IMG/VR virus record: IMGVR_UViG_3300035074_000077
Location: 6,802-70,801 of that record
Source: a virus
DNA: 64,000 nucleotides
Direction: 5' to 3' (one strand)
A program made the position numbers and the translations under genes. The notes under the pieces are model-generated. The model saw only the letters and a program-made list of their open reading frames with translations, was not told where the DNA came from and did no database searches. Below are positions 1-9,989 of the stretch, piece after piece (positions within the stretch are counted from its first letter, which is position 1; each line of letters opens with the position of its first letter).

Positions 1-1869
1 GTAATGTCGGCGGAGCAGCTCGCGGAAGATCACGGCGGGATGCGTGATCCCCGGTAGCGAGACCTCTTCGATGACGACGGGGTCCCCTTCGAATCCGGGG
101 CGGATGACGAGGCGCTCCGCCTCTTCGAAGTTGTTGGTCTCGTCATTGAACTTCGCCCGCAGCGCATCGGGGCGGCGGACGAACTGGCGCCGAAAGGAAA
201 AATCCGTCGAATTCCTGGGGCTGATGTAGGCTGAGACGACGGGCTTTATCCCATCCCAGGCGACGCTCCATTTTCCGGCGCGTTTGATCGGAACGGCGCG
301 GCCCGCCGCTGCGATATCGGCGAGCACTTCGGAGCGTCGAGCCTCGAAATCGTGATAGCGATGATAGGCGAGCCCCAGCGGCTCGCAATGCTCGAACCAT
401 TCCTGCAGGCGCGCCAAGTCGATCTTCGCATCAGCGGCGGGGCGCGCGTTAGCCGGGCCCTGCAGCGCATAGCGAAACGCCGACGCGCAGCTGTGGCAGG
501 CGTCCTCGACCCATTCCTGCGTTCCTGGATCCCATTCGAGCGCGTAGCGCTGCCCGAGAAAATTGATCTCGTCGAGATTGCCGTTGAGTTGCTCCGTTGC
601 CCGGATGTCGGCGGCGAAGAGCGCGACGTGCACCGGTGCGTTGTTCGGATATTCCGGCCGGTAGCTGCGGATCGCAGTCCAGAACGATGCGCTGACCACC
701 TTCCAGGGCTGCGATGTCTGGTCCCATCGGTCCCAGTCGTCAGAGTTGCGACGGAATCTGATCTCGTAGCGGCCCCGCGTTTCTGGATACCACTCCCAGC
801 TGGCAACAAGCGGGCGCTGCTGCATTCCGGAGACTTCCCACTCGCCAAGGTCTGTCCAACTCTCCGATGATTCCAGCCGGGCCGAGACGCCGAAAACGAC
901 GGTCCAAGGCCCCTGTTGCGTCGTGGTGGTCTGCCCGTTCTGCTGGTCGTAATAGGCGATGAGCCCGCCGCGAAAAGTGACCTCGACGGCGACGCTATCG
1001 ATCATCGCCGCCGTCCAGCGGGAGTCGGCGCCGAAATTGTCGGCGTGCTCTCGCAGCAGCTCGACGGACGCCTCCTCCTCGAACACCTGGTAGGGATAGA
1101 TCGTCAGCGGGCCGTCAGTCGGCCACCCCTCCCGATATTCGTACGCCGCCTCCTTATAGCGATCGATCGGGGTATCCTTGATGCGGATATCCGAGATCAG
1201 GATCGGGCCATAGCCCGCCGTCAACGCGCCGAGCGAGTGCATGTCGCCGCCGACGACCTCGCGATGGGGAAGATTGATGTGCGACGGCGAGATGCGGTGA
1301 CGGCCGAATAGGCACGGCATTGCGCCGTCCGGATTGACCGGATTGCGCCATCCCGAGATCGCATAGGTAGGCGATTGCGCGGCGGCGCTGCTGGCGCGCT
1401 GCGGCCGTACCGGTACCAACGTATTGGCGAGAAAAGTCGCCGCAGTGACGAGGCCGAGCGTTGCAGCTCCGGTAGCGAAATTCAGCGCGGCGCCCGTGAG
1501 CCCGAGCCCGCCGGCGCCGAGGAGCGCCGGCCCGACATAGAACTGCCCGAGCGCCGTCGCCGCGATCGTCGCCGACAGAAGCAGGACGGAGCGCAGCCCA
1601 TTCGACCCGCCGGGAACTACGCGGATCACAGACACCGCGCCGGCATGGGGCCGATAATCGACCCAGCGCTCCAGATCGATGATCTCGCCATCGACAGTGA
1701 CGCGAATCGGCGAGCCATCGGAGAGCAGATGCGCCGGCACCATCTCGGCGACGATTTCCGCGACCGTGACGCCGGGCGAGAAGGTGCGCGTCTCCTTCCG
1801 CGAATAATCGATCCAAGGCAGCGCAATCGCGGTGAGCCCCGCTTCGGCGGGACGGACTAGCTCGTTCAT
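1..1869 (-). CDS. Tail tip / host-specificity protein (TipJ-like, N-terminal ubiquitin-like I-type domain), 3' end outside window
   Basis: Not in the ORF track because no stop lies in the window. ATG at 1869 overlaps the NlpC stop (ATGA). Reads MNELVRPAEAG...RVVPGGSNGLRSVLL...NPVNPDGAMPCLFGRHRISP, typical of TipJ. Confidence 0.85.
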   Translation of the reverse strand, partial: MNELVRPAEAGLTAIALPWIDYSRKETRTFSPGVTVAEIVAEMVPAHLLSDGSPIRVTVDGEIIDLERWVDYRPHAGAVSVIRVVPGGSNGLRSVLLLSATIAATALGQFYVGPALLGAGGLGLTGAALNFATGAATLGLVTAATFLANTLVPVRPQRASSAAAQSPTYAISGWRNPVNPDGAMPCLFGRHRISPSHINLPHREVVGGDMHSLGALTAGYGPILISDIRIKDTPIDRYKEAAYEYREGWPTDGPLTIYPYQVFEEEASVELLREHADNFGADSRWTAAMIDSVAVEVTFRGGLIAYYDQQNGQTTTTQQGPWTVVFGVSARLESSESWTDLGEWEVSGMQQRPLVASWEWYPETRGRYEIRFRRNSDDWDRWDQTSQPWKVVSASFWTAIRSYRPEYPNNAPVHVALFAADIRATEQLNGNLDEINFLGQRYALEWDPGTQEWVEDACHSCASAFRYALQGPANARPAADAKIDLARLQEWFEHCEPLGLAYHRYHDFEARRSEVLADIAAAGRAVPIKRAGKWSVAWDGIKPVVSAYISPRNSTDFSFRRQFVRRPDALRAKFNDETNNFEEAERLVIRPGFEGDPVVIEEVSLPGITHPAVIFRELLRRHY

Positions 1870-2291
1870 CGCGACGCCTCGACATGACGGGCAAAGGCGA
1901 CGATGCGTCGGCTCCAGATCCCGTCTCGATATCGGATCGTCCCGACTCCGCTCTTATGGTCGGCGTGGAGCATCCGCCCTCCTCCGATGACGATCGCGAC
2001 ATGGCTCGCGTAATCGCCGATGCGGCAGAGCGCGATATCGAACTCACGCTCTGCGCCCATCAGCACAGGCTCCCATTCCGGGGACTGGCGCGCATCGGAG
2101 AGCAGCGCCGCGATATCGGCGCTCTCGCGCGTCGTCACATACGACTCGGTGTAGCTGGGCAGGTCGATTCCGAGTTGCTCGCGGAAGACGAGCCTGACGA
2201 GCCCGAAGCAGTCCACTCCGCTGCGATCGGCGCCGCGCGCGACGAACGGGATCCCGACATAGTCATTGCTCCAAGCCTCGAGCATCATCAT
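1866..2291 (-). CDS. NlpC/P60 tail-tip peptidase
   Basis: YVGIPF..RGADRSGVDCFGLV with catalytic Cys and HVAIV His; tail-tip position. Confidence 0.92.
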   Translation of the reverse strand: MMMLEAWSNDYVGIPFVARGADRSGVDCFGLVRLVFREQLGIDLPSYTESYVTTRESADIAALLSDARQSPEWEPVLMGAEREFDIALCRIGDYASHVAIVIGGGRMLHADHKSGVGTIRYRDGIWSRRIVAFARHVEASR

Positions 2292-2791
2292 CGGAACAGC
2301 CCCGGAAAATTGAGCTTGCTCATCCGATGCGCCGGGAAAGGCTCGTCACGATCGGTCTCGGCGATTTCGAGCGTCAGCGTCCCCGCTCTCGACGTGACGG
2401 AGGCGACCTCCCATTCGCCGACGTCGATTTCGACGATCTCCGGCGCCGCGGCCCGCACGATCACCATGGAAATCGTCGCCGGCTCCGGCGCGATCGTTCG
2501 AACGGCGCGGGCGAGGCTCCCGTCGAGATCATTGATGACGAGCTCGCCGCGGGGCGAGATATCGGTCGACTCCGGCAGGCGTGATCCGCGAATGGCGTGG
2601 ATGTATTCGAGATCGTCGACCTTCGTTCCGCGGACATAGGGATCCAGCGAGATCAGATCCTTGTTGTCCGTCGAGAGGCGCACCGGCGCTTCGAAGTCGG
2701 GATGCGTGATGGTCGCCAGCAGGACGCCGACGTCATCCTCTTCATTCGTGCCCTGCAAAAGGGCGCGCATGTTCATCGAGACGTAGCGCAT
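2288..2791 (-). CDS. DUF1833-like tail-tip protein
   Basis: LATITHPDFEAPVRLS N-terminus and EPFPAHRMSKLNFPGLF C-terminus; synteny. Confidence 0.85.
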   Translation of the reverse strand: MRYVSMNMRALLQGTNEEDDVGVLLATITHPDFEAPVRLSTDNKDLISLDPYVRGTKVDDLEYIHAIRGSRLPESTDISPRGELVINDLDGSLARAVRTIAPEPATISMVIVRAAAPEIVEIDVGEWEVASVTSRAGTLTLEIAETDRDEPFPAHRMSKLNFPGLFR

Positions 2792-2801
2792 GCTTAGAGC
2801 C

Positions 2802-3227
2802 CTACATCGGCAGGATTTCGAGAGAGAGCGTCACTGCGTATTCGAGCCCGAACTGCGCGTGCGACGGCGGGTCGACGAATTGCACGAGCCATTTCGCGCT
2901 GATCCGGACGGGATTCCCGTCCGTGCCGAGGATGATGACGCCATTGCTGTCCGTGACCGGCGCACCGTCGCGGTCCTGATCCGGCATCAGGAATGGCTTC
3001 CGCCCTCTTCCGAGATCGACCTTCCAGAAATTCTTCAAGATCACGAGCCCGGTGAGATCGACGATGATCCGGCCTCTCACTGGCTCTGCAACGGCGGATG
3101 TTCTCAAGAAAATCGCCGCGGGACCGAACTCGGGCGGCGCGCGTTCCCGGCCATCGCCGAACGAGCCGGAATAGTCGTCGCGCGTCATCGCCTGCGGGAG
3201 CGATGCGGGCCAAACAGGAACCGCCAT
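2802..3227 (-). CDS. Distal tail / minor tail protein
   Basis: PVWPASLPQ N-terminus, LSLEILP C-terminus, between tape measure and DUF1833. Confidence 0.75.
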   Translation of the reverse strand: MAVPVWPASLPQAMTRDDYSGSFGDGRERAPPEFGPAAIFLRTSAVAEPVRGRIIVDLTGLVILKNFWKVDLGRGRKPFLMPDQDRDGAPVTDSNGVIILGTDGNPVRISAKWLVQFVDPPSHAQFGLEYAVTLSLEILPM

Positions 3228-3233
3228 GGTGGA

Positions 3234-3983
3234 TTAGGCGCCGGGCTTTTTGAAGGGGAGGACGCCTTGGCCGCGGCGCGTGGCGACGCGGCGCTCGATC
3301 GCCTCACGGCCGCCATTGGCGAGCCATTCGCGGCATGTCGTCGGATCGAAGAGGCGAGCGGCGCGCTTGCCGAGGCGGCCCTCGCGCATCGCGACGCCGC
3401 GCGCGACATGCGCCGAGACGAGCCGGCCCGAGACGAACTTGTCGAGCCCGCGCATCCCGCTCGCGCCCGGCACCCTGGCGAGGTCGACGACTTGTCCCGC
3501 GGTGAAGCCCTTGCCGATCGAGAACTCGCCCGAGGCGACGGCTTCCGCGATCATGGTGGGGAGCATTGCGTTGACCGCGGCGACGGCGGCCTCGCCGGCG
3601 ATGCGCGCAATCTTCGCCTCATCGAACGCGGGCGCGCTCCGCCCCTGCCGCCACGCCATGAAGACGCGGATCAGCATCTCGCGAACGGCCGGCGCCAGTT
3701 CCGCATCCGAGCGCATCGCGATCAAGAGCGCCTGCGGCTCGTTGAGCCAGTATTCCTCGACTTCCGAAACGCGCCCCTTGCCGGATACGATTGGAGCCCC
3801 GCGGCGGGGCGTCAATCCATACCGCTGGAGTTCCGCGATATTCCGCTCGATCAGCTCGCGGATTTTGCGCGGACGCTCGAAGCCAAGCCGATCCGCGATA
3901 TCGAGGTCACGGGCGCGGGGCTCGCCCTCCATCTCCATGATGGCGATATCCGCGATGAAGTTGGTCTGCTTTTTGTTTTCCAT
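3234..3983 (-). CDS. Antirepressor-like DNA-binding protein (KilA-N/Rha-like)
   Basis: GEPRARDLDIADRLGFERPRKIRELIERN...EYWLNEPQALL motif; paralogue at 45545-46096. Confidence 0.7.
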   Translation of the reverse strand: MENKKQTNFIADIAIMEMEGEPRARDLDIADRLGFERPRKIRELIERNIAELQRYGLTPRRGAPIVSGKGRVSEVEEYWLNEPQALLIAMRSDAELAPAVREMLIRVFMAWRQGRSAPAFDEAKIARIAGEAAVAAVNAMLPTMIAEAVASGEFSIGKGFTAGQVVDLARVPGASGMRGLDKFVSGRLVSAHVARGVAMREGRLGKRAARLFDPTTCREWLANGGREAIERRVATRRGQGVLPFKKPGA

Positions 3984-4195
3984 TTTCAGCCTCCATCGGC
4001 GCCCGGCCGACCAAGCCCGGAACGCGCGGGTCCGCTTTTGCGGAACCGGGGCCGACGGAGCCCAGGAATCCGCGTCCTCCCCCTGGTCAGGGGAATTTCG
4101 AGATTTCAGTTTGAGGTCTGCGTATATTCACTGAGCGCGGGCCACTCGACGGGCGCGCCCTGCCCTCGGCAATATCCCCCGGTTCATGAGGGAGA

Positions 4196-4624
4196 TTGCT
4201 GATGAAACGGGTTGCTGCTCTTTTTGTGCCGCTGGCGCTGTCCGCGTGCGGCGGTCAACGGGTTGTCGTCAGCAAGTCGATTGAAGATGAGGTAAAGATC
4301 GAAATCCTTCGCATGGCGAAAGACCCCGATTCGGTCGAGTTCGGAGGCCCCTTCGTCGCCGGCCATCGTCTGAATTTTACGGTGATCTGCGGCTATGTGA
4401 ATTGGAAGAATGGCTTCGGCGGACGTGTCGGATGGACGTTGCTGGCTTTCATGGTCGGTCAGAACGGCGGCCAGCACACATTGCTGCCAGATCCCTTGAT
4501 TCATTGCGCGCTTGCGAACGCCACTCCGCCGCAGCCAAGTGTCTCCGCCGAATTGATGCGGAAGCATGGGATCGATGACCCGTTGGTTGTCCCCTCCGAC
4601 TACAATTTAAGAAAGCGCCAGTAG
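4196..4624 (+). CDS. Lipoprotein moron (possible superinfection exclusion)
   Basis: LALSAC lipobox, KDPDSVEF and CGYVNWKNGFGG motifs, opposite strand to tail genes, GAGGGAG RBS. Confidence 0.7.
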   Translation: MLMKRVAALFVPLALSACGGQRVVVSKSIEDEVKIEILRMAKDPDSVEFGGPFVAGHRLNFTVICGYVNWKNGFGGRVGWTLLAFMVGQNGGQHTLLPDPLIHCALANATPPQPSVSAELMRKHGIDDPLVVPSDYNLRKRQ

Positions 4625-4630
4625 GCGCGG

Positions 4631-7600
4631 TCAGAATGGCCGCGCGCTACGCCGCATGCCGAAGCTGGCGCCGAGCTCGCGATCGAGTTCGCCATTCGCC
4701 ACCATCTTTTTGACCGCGCGCTTCAACTGGATTTCCAGGCTGACACCGCCATCGCGGCGCCGGGTCTCGCGCACTTCGGCCTCGCCCTGTGCGCCGACGA
4801 GCGTCACCTGCGTCTGCGGCATCTGGCCCGATCCGCCGGCCGGCCGCTCGCCATAGCTCTGCGGCGCCTGCGGCGTCTGCGGTGGGCCGAGATCGCGCTC
4901 CCGGCCGATATCCCGGAGCGACGGGAGCGTCATAGCGCCGCCTGGCGTCATCACGCCGCCCTCGGCGAACGCGAACGGTGTCGCGCCGGCGAGCCGGAGC
5001 GCCCTCTCCTCCGGAGAGCCGGGCCCGGTCAGAACGGCGGGGATTCCGCGCCCGCCGGGAAGCTCGACATGCGCGCCGCCGGCGGGATCGAGCCGGACAT
5101 GAATCCCGGCCGGGTCGACCATCGGGATAAAGGCTTCCGGATGACGGCCTTCGCCGAAGAGAGCGATCTGCGGCGAGGTCGCGACTCCGCCGGTCGAATT
5201 GCGATGCAATGGCAGCTCGCCCCCGCTCGTCATCACGCCGCCATCAGCGAAACTGAAGAGCGAGCCGATGCTCGAGAGCAGCCCACCGCCGCCTCCTGAA
5301 CTCGTGGCCATCGCCGCCGGCATGTCCGGGCCCATTCCGCCCTGCGCAACGGTCGGAAGACTGCCGCCCCCGAACAGCGAGGAAATCGCGCCGAGCAACC
5401 CACCGCCGCCCGCGCCGGCGCTGTTTGGAGCGGCTCCAGGAACGCCCCCGGCGACACCGCCATTGACGTTGACGACGCCCGCATTGACGTCCATCTGCGC
5501 TGTCGTCCGGTCCTTGCCGAGCCCGAGGAGATCGCCGAGGAATCCTCCATTTGTCGAGCCCGTCTGCCCGAGCAAAGATTCGGTGAACCTGCTGGTCTGC
5601 GCATCGATCAGCCGGTCCATCGCGGACGACATCGACTGTTCGAGCGCGGCGCCGACATCCTGCCTATGCGCGATCGCTCTGATCCCGCCGCTGAGCGTGT
5701 CGTTGACCGTCCCCCGCGCGAGGTCCAAATTCTCCCGGAGCCTGCGCTGCTCTTCCTGCCGTTTCGTCAAAGCGGCGTAGGCCTGCGCGGTGTCGTGGAT
5801 CTTGCCGCGCAGCTCGTCGTACATCCTGGCGCCATCGGCTCCGAAGCGGTTCACGAGCTCCTGCTTGGTCGCGCCCTGCTGTTGCGCCTGCGTGAGCAGC
5901 TCGACCTCTTTCGTCATCTCCGCCGTCTTCTCGGCGGAGAGCCCGTAGACTCCGTTCTGAGCGTCGAGCAGAACGCGCTGGCGCTCGATCGATTGGTTCT
6001 CCTTCTGGAGCGCGTCCGTGAACGACGAGATGTATTCGCTCATCCGCAAATCGTTGACGCCGACACCAATATCTCTCGCCGATGTGGAGTCGATCACCGA
6101 TAGGCTGCCGCCGGGTCCACTGTAGCCATTGAGGAAGCGCGAGACGTAGGAGGCGCCCGTCGTTCCGAGGTTGTCATTCGCCGCGGCGCCCTGCGCCAGC
6201 GGGCGGCCGGTGAACCAGACGGACGCAGCGTCCGAGACGCTCCCGTAGCGCGCGACCGACGCGCCGAACTGCCGATCGAAGACCGCATCCTGCGCCGTAG
6301 GATCGGCAAGGAATTGCTGCGGCGTCAGCTCGCGCCCGAGCGCCGCCTGCGTCCACGTCGGGATATTGGCCCCCATGACTTGATAGCGTCCATAGCCGCG
6401 ATCTCCGCTCGCTGTGCGCGGGCCGATCGCGGAATAATCGCCCGACCCACGACTCTCGATCGCCGCGATGGCGTCGCGCGCCCTCGAAAGATCGAGCCCG
6501 CCGGCGACGAATGCCGGGACGGGCGCCGCGCGCTCCGGAGAGATGCGCGCGATCACCGCCTCGAGGACCGACGCGAAGCGCGTCACGGCATTGCCGGCGC
6601 GATCGAACCCGAGCATGAGCGGCGTAAGCCGGACATCTTCGGCGCCTGGCACCAAACGCTGGCGCATTTCCCGCTCTTGGATATCGATCCGCCGCATCGC
6701 GCGCTCGAACGGCGTTTCGCCCTGCAGGACATACAGTTGGTCCCTGGCGCTCTTCGCGAACCGGGAAGCCTCCGCATTCGCCGAAGCGACGGCTTCGTTC
6801 AGCGCGTTCTGCGCGGCTGTCGCGGCGGCGAGCACGCTATGCGACCGCTCGATCTCGGCGAGGAACGCGCGCTGCGCCGTGACGGCGGCCATGAGCGAGA
6901 AGCTCTGCCGGCTCTGCGCATCGATCTCGCGCAGCCGGAGATCGGATTCCAGATTGATCCTATCGACGACGGAGACGCTCGCGAGCGCCATGGCGACATT
7001 GAGCCGGGAGATTGCCTCCGTCACATCGTTTGCGCGATCCCCGAGCGCCGCGAGCCCGTCCTTGCTGTCGGTCAGCTTGCGAATGGCGTCCAGGGAGTCG
7101 CGCAGCCCGCGCAGCTGCGCCTCCTGCGGCATGGCCGAGTCGATCGCTGAAGTCGCGCTCTGCGAAAGGCGATCGAGCCGCTCCTGCTGGCGCAGCGCCT
7201 CGATGCGCCCGGCATCCTGCGGCGCGCTCTGTTCCCGCAGCCTGCCGTAGCGGATATCGAGCTCGGCCAAGCCGGCCTGCAGCGTCGAGAGTCCGCGCAG
7301 CTGCGCCCGGTCATGAGCCTCGCGCGCCATGTCGTCGAGACGGCGGGCGGATTCGGCGAGCGCCGCATTGCGGGCGCCTTCCGCGGCGATCGCCGCCAGC
7401 GTCTCGTCATGGGTCTGCCGAAGCGTCGCAACGCGCGCCTGCTCCGTCGCGATGCTCGCTCGCTGTTCGAACGAATAGGCGCCGATTGAGCGCACGGCGA
7501 GTTCGCTGTCCTGCCGCATCCTCTCCGCCGGCGTCTGGAAATTGGCGAGCGCCGTGGAGATCTGCGCGACGGCAGTCTTCGCGGCGGCCGCTCGCTCCCC

Positions 7601-9514
7601 GAGCGCGGCGAGACCATCCGCGGTCTCGGTCAGCGGCTTCAGAACCGCGAGCTGGCGCTCTGTCATCCGGCGCTGGACATCGTCCGGGGAAAGCTGATCG
7701 ATGAGCGGGCCGGCGAGTTCCGAGCGGCGATTGAGGTCGATCCGATCGCGCTCCCGCTGTGCCGGCGTGATCTCCTGTGAGAGGCCGATCCGGCGCTCAT
7801 AATCGGACAGCGAGCCCGCGCCCGGCGCCTGGAGAGCGGCCTGCGCCTGGCGCGGCAACTCGACAGTGCGGAACGTCGGAAGCAAAGCATCGAGCCCGGC
7901 GCCGAGGCCATCGAGCGCCTTGCCCGGAAGCGACGTGAAAGCCTCCCATCCGCGCGCGAGAAGCCCGGTCGAATCCTTTGCCTTTCGGACCTCTTCGTCG
8001 AAGAGGCGCGTCTTCATCGCTGCGGCTTCCGAAAATCGCCCCATTTGCTCCAGCGCGGTCACCGTCTCCTTCGTCGCCAGCGACACCGGGCCGAATCGGC
8101 GCTCGAATGCGCCGAGCCCCTGGTCCCCTACGATCTTCACGATTTCCGCATAGGCGTCGGAAAGCTCGAGCCCGAACGCATGGGAAAAGCGCGGCGCGTC
8201 GCTGAGAAGCGTCGGGATATTCTCGACTCCGATTCCGGCCTGGGCGATTTGTGCCGCGCCGGAGACGGCCTGTCCGCGCGACATCGAGCCGGAGCGCGCC
8301 GTCGCATCGGCGATCGCGGAAAGCTGTCCAGCCGACGCGCCAGCGGCGCGGCCGACGCCATTGAGCGCGCGCTCCAGCTCGGCCTGCTGATCGCGGAATC
8401 GCATCACGGCGACGCCTGCAGTCCCGACGACGGCGGCGAGAATGGTGAGGGGATGCGTCGCGACGCGCAGCGCGGTCGAGCCGACCTCGGCGATAGCCGC
8501 CTTGGCGCCGACGCTCGACGATGCGAGAGCGTCATAGATCTGCCCGGCCTGAGATGTCGCGATCTGAGGGAGCGACGCTCCCATGAACCCCATGGTCAGC
8601 ACGTCCTGTAGCTGCCTCGACAGGTTCGTCCATTCGTGGCGCGCGAGCCCGACGGATTTCGCGTTGTCGTTCACGCCTTTCGTCACGCGCTCCAGCGGAT
8701 CGGCTGTCGTGACGCGGGCGCCGACGATCTGCGTCACCGCGTCCTCTGTTGCGGATGTGGTCGCGCCAGCCGCCCCCGCCGCAACGGAGAAGCGCCCCAT
8801 CGCGTCGCGCTGGCGCTCGACGCTGCGCGTCACGTCATCGATCGCAGCGGCTTCGGCCGCCGCCTGCCGGGTCACAAGCGCGGCCGCGGCGTCGAATGTC
8901 CCCGTCGCCGCCATGATATCGTTCCCGGCCATCTCATAACCGGCGCCGACCGCCATCGCCGCAGATTCCGCGCGCCCGGCCGCAGCGGAGAGCCGATCGA
9001 ACGCGACGGTCGCCGCGCCGGCCCGCGCCGTCGCCAGAGAGACGCCTGCCGCGGCGTCGCCGAGCGCGCCAGATGAAGCGGCCGCGACGGGGTGGGTCAT
9101 GACGGCGCTATCCGCGGCTCGCACGGCAGCGGCGTCACGGCCGACGCCGGCCCCGGCGCCGACATGCCTGTCCAGCCGCATCAGCGCGTCGGTCGCGGCG
9201 GCTGCGGAATCCTCCACTTCCGTCGCCATCTTGTCCGCGGCGCTCCCGGCAGCAACAGCGCCGAGCGCGGCGTCCTTCCCGACTTTCGCGAAGGCGCCGC
9301 TCATCTTCGCGGCGTTGTCCTCGAGCTTCTTCGCCGCCGCGTCGACTCCGCCGCCGATGGTCTTGAACGCGCCCGTCGTTCCGAGCGCCATGCGAGTCGC
9401 CTGATCTTCGAACTTGCGCGCGCTCGCCGCGAGCTTGTCGAGGGTGAGCGCGCCCTTCTCGGCCTGAGAGGAATCGATGGCGAGGCCGAGCGTCGCGACA
9501 TCAGGCGTTGTCAC
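4631..9514 (-). CDS. Tail tape measure protein with internal lysozyme-like domain
   Basis: 1627 aa, Ala-rich; DVATLGLAIDS start, NLSRQLQDV..QAGQI motif, AIESRG..GRYQVM lysozyme-like segment, FADGG..GEGRHPEA C-terminus. Confidence 0.93.
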   Translation of the reverse strand: MTTPDVATLGLAIDSSQAEKGALTLDKLAASARKFEDQATRMALGTTGAFKTIGGGVDAAAKKLEDNAAKMSGAFAKVGKDAALGAVAAGSAADKMATEVEDSAAAATDALMRLDRHVGAGAGVGRDAAAVRAADSAVMTHPVAAASSGALGDAAAGVSLATARAGAATVAFDRLSAAAGRAESAAMAVGAGYEMAGNDIMAATGTFDAAAALVTRQAAAEAAAIDDVTRSVERQRDAMGRFSVAAGAAGATTSATEDAVTQIVGARVTTADPLERVTKGVNDNAKSVGLARHEWTNLSRQLQDVLTMGFMGASLPQIATSQAGQIYDALASSSVGAKAAIAEVGSTALRVATHPLTILAAVVGTAGVAVMRFRDQQAELERALNGVGRAAGASAGQLSAIADATARSGSMSRGQAVSGAAQIAQAGIGVENIPTLLSDAPRFSHAFGLELSDAYAEIVKIVGDQGLGAFERRFGPVSLATKETVTALEQMGRFSEAAAMKTRLFDEEVRKAKDSTGLLARGWEAFTSLPGKALDGLGAGLDALLPTFRTVELPRQAQAALQAPGAGSLSDYERRIGLSQEITPAQRERDRIDLNRRSELAGPLIDQLSPDDVQRRMTERQLAVLKPLTETADGLAALGERAAAAKTAVAQISTALANFQTPAERMRQDSELAVRSIGAYSFEQRASIATEQARVATLRQTHDETLAAIAAEGARNAALAESARRLDDMAREAHDRAQLRGLSTLQAGLAELDIRYGRLREQSAPQDAGRIEALRQQERLDRLSQSATSAIDSAMPQEAQLRGLRDSLDAIRKLTDSKDGLAALGDRANDVTEAISRLNVAMALASVSVVDRINLESDLRLREIDAQSRQSFSLMAAVTAQRAFLAEIERSHSVLAAATAAQNALNEAVASANAEASRFAKSARDQLYVLQGETPFERAMRRIDIQEREMRQRLVPGAEDVRLTPLMLGFDRAGNAVTRFASVLEAVIARISPERAAPVPAFVAGGLDLSRARDAIAAIESRGSGDYSAIGPRTASGDRGYGRYQVMGANIPTWTQAALGRELTPQQFLADPTAQDAVFDRQFGASVARYGSVSDAASVWFTGRPLAQGAAANDNLGTTGASYVSRFLNGYSGPGGSLSVIDSTSARDIGVGVNDLRMSEYISSFTDALQKENQSIERQRVLLDAQNGVYGLSAEKTAEMTKEVELLTQAQQQGATKQELVNRFGADGARMYDELRGKIHDTAQAYAALTKRQEEQRRLRENLDLARGTVNDTLSGGIRAIAHRQDVGAALEQSMSSAMDRLIDAQTSRFTESLLGQTGSTNGGFLGDLLGLGKDRTTAQMDVNAGVVNVNGGVAGGVPGAAPNSAGAGGGGLLGAISSLFGGGSLPTVAQGGMGPDMPAAMATSSGGGGGLLSSIGSLFSFADGGVMTSGGELPLHRNSTGGVATSPQIALFGEGRHPEAFIPMVDPAGIHVRLDPAGGAHVELPGGRGIPAVLTGPGSPEERALRLAGATPFAFAEGGVMTPGGAMTLPSLRDIGRERDLGPPQTPQAPQSYGERPAGGSGQMPQTQVTLVGAQGEAEVRETRRRDGGVSLEIQLKRAVKKMVANGELDRELGASFGMRRSARPF

Positions 9515-9989
9515 TGGCCCCTCCTTTCTTCCGCTTCACCGTCACAACCTTCGTCATGCGGTGCAACCCGTCCTTGATCTCGCGCTGCTTCTCGGCAAGG
9601 CTCGCCGCTTCCGCCGATTGCTTGGCGAGATAGAGATCGTCGAGCTCTTCGATCAGCTCGATTTCCCACGGCGCCAGCCGGCGCCGCGACATGCGCAGGA
9701 ACGCATCGATATCCGGCCATTCGACGGGAGACGGCCCGGACATCCCCGGCGCCTTACGACGCCTCAGACGAGCCCAGATATCCCAGACATGCCGAAGCGC
9801 GTCGGGGAACAGCGGCGTCGCGAGCTCCGCCTCGAGTTCGGCGACGACATCCTGCCGGTTCTTTCGATGGGCGCGGGCGAGGCGCGATTCCAATCGGTCG
9901 CGCCGCGTCCTGCCCTCATCGAGATAGTCGAGATAGAAGGTGCGCTCGGCGTAGCCGATCAGGCGTCGGCCGAGCGCGTCGTAAAAGCC
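9501..9989 (-). CDS. Tail assembly chaperone, frameshifted (GT-like) part
   Basis: -1 frame relative to 9959-10393; HVWDIWARL..PVEWPDIDAF..PWEIELIEELD motif; no start of its own ahead of the conserved part. Confidence 0.7.
   Translation of the reverse strand, partial: GFYDALGRRLIGYAERTFYLDYLDEGRTRRDRLESRLARAHRKNRQDVVAELEAELATPLFPDALRHVWDIWARLRRRKAPGMSGPSPVEWPDIDAFLRMSRRRLAPWEIELIEELDDLYLAKQSAEAASLAEKQREIKDGLHRMTKVVTVKRKKGGASDNA

Noticed and set aside
2790-4202. 470-aa + strand ORF (similarly 38877-40460 +, 45874-47301 -, 49859-51310 -)
   Set aside because: Shadow frames opposite well-supported genes
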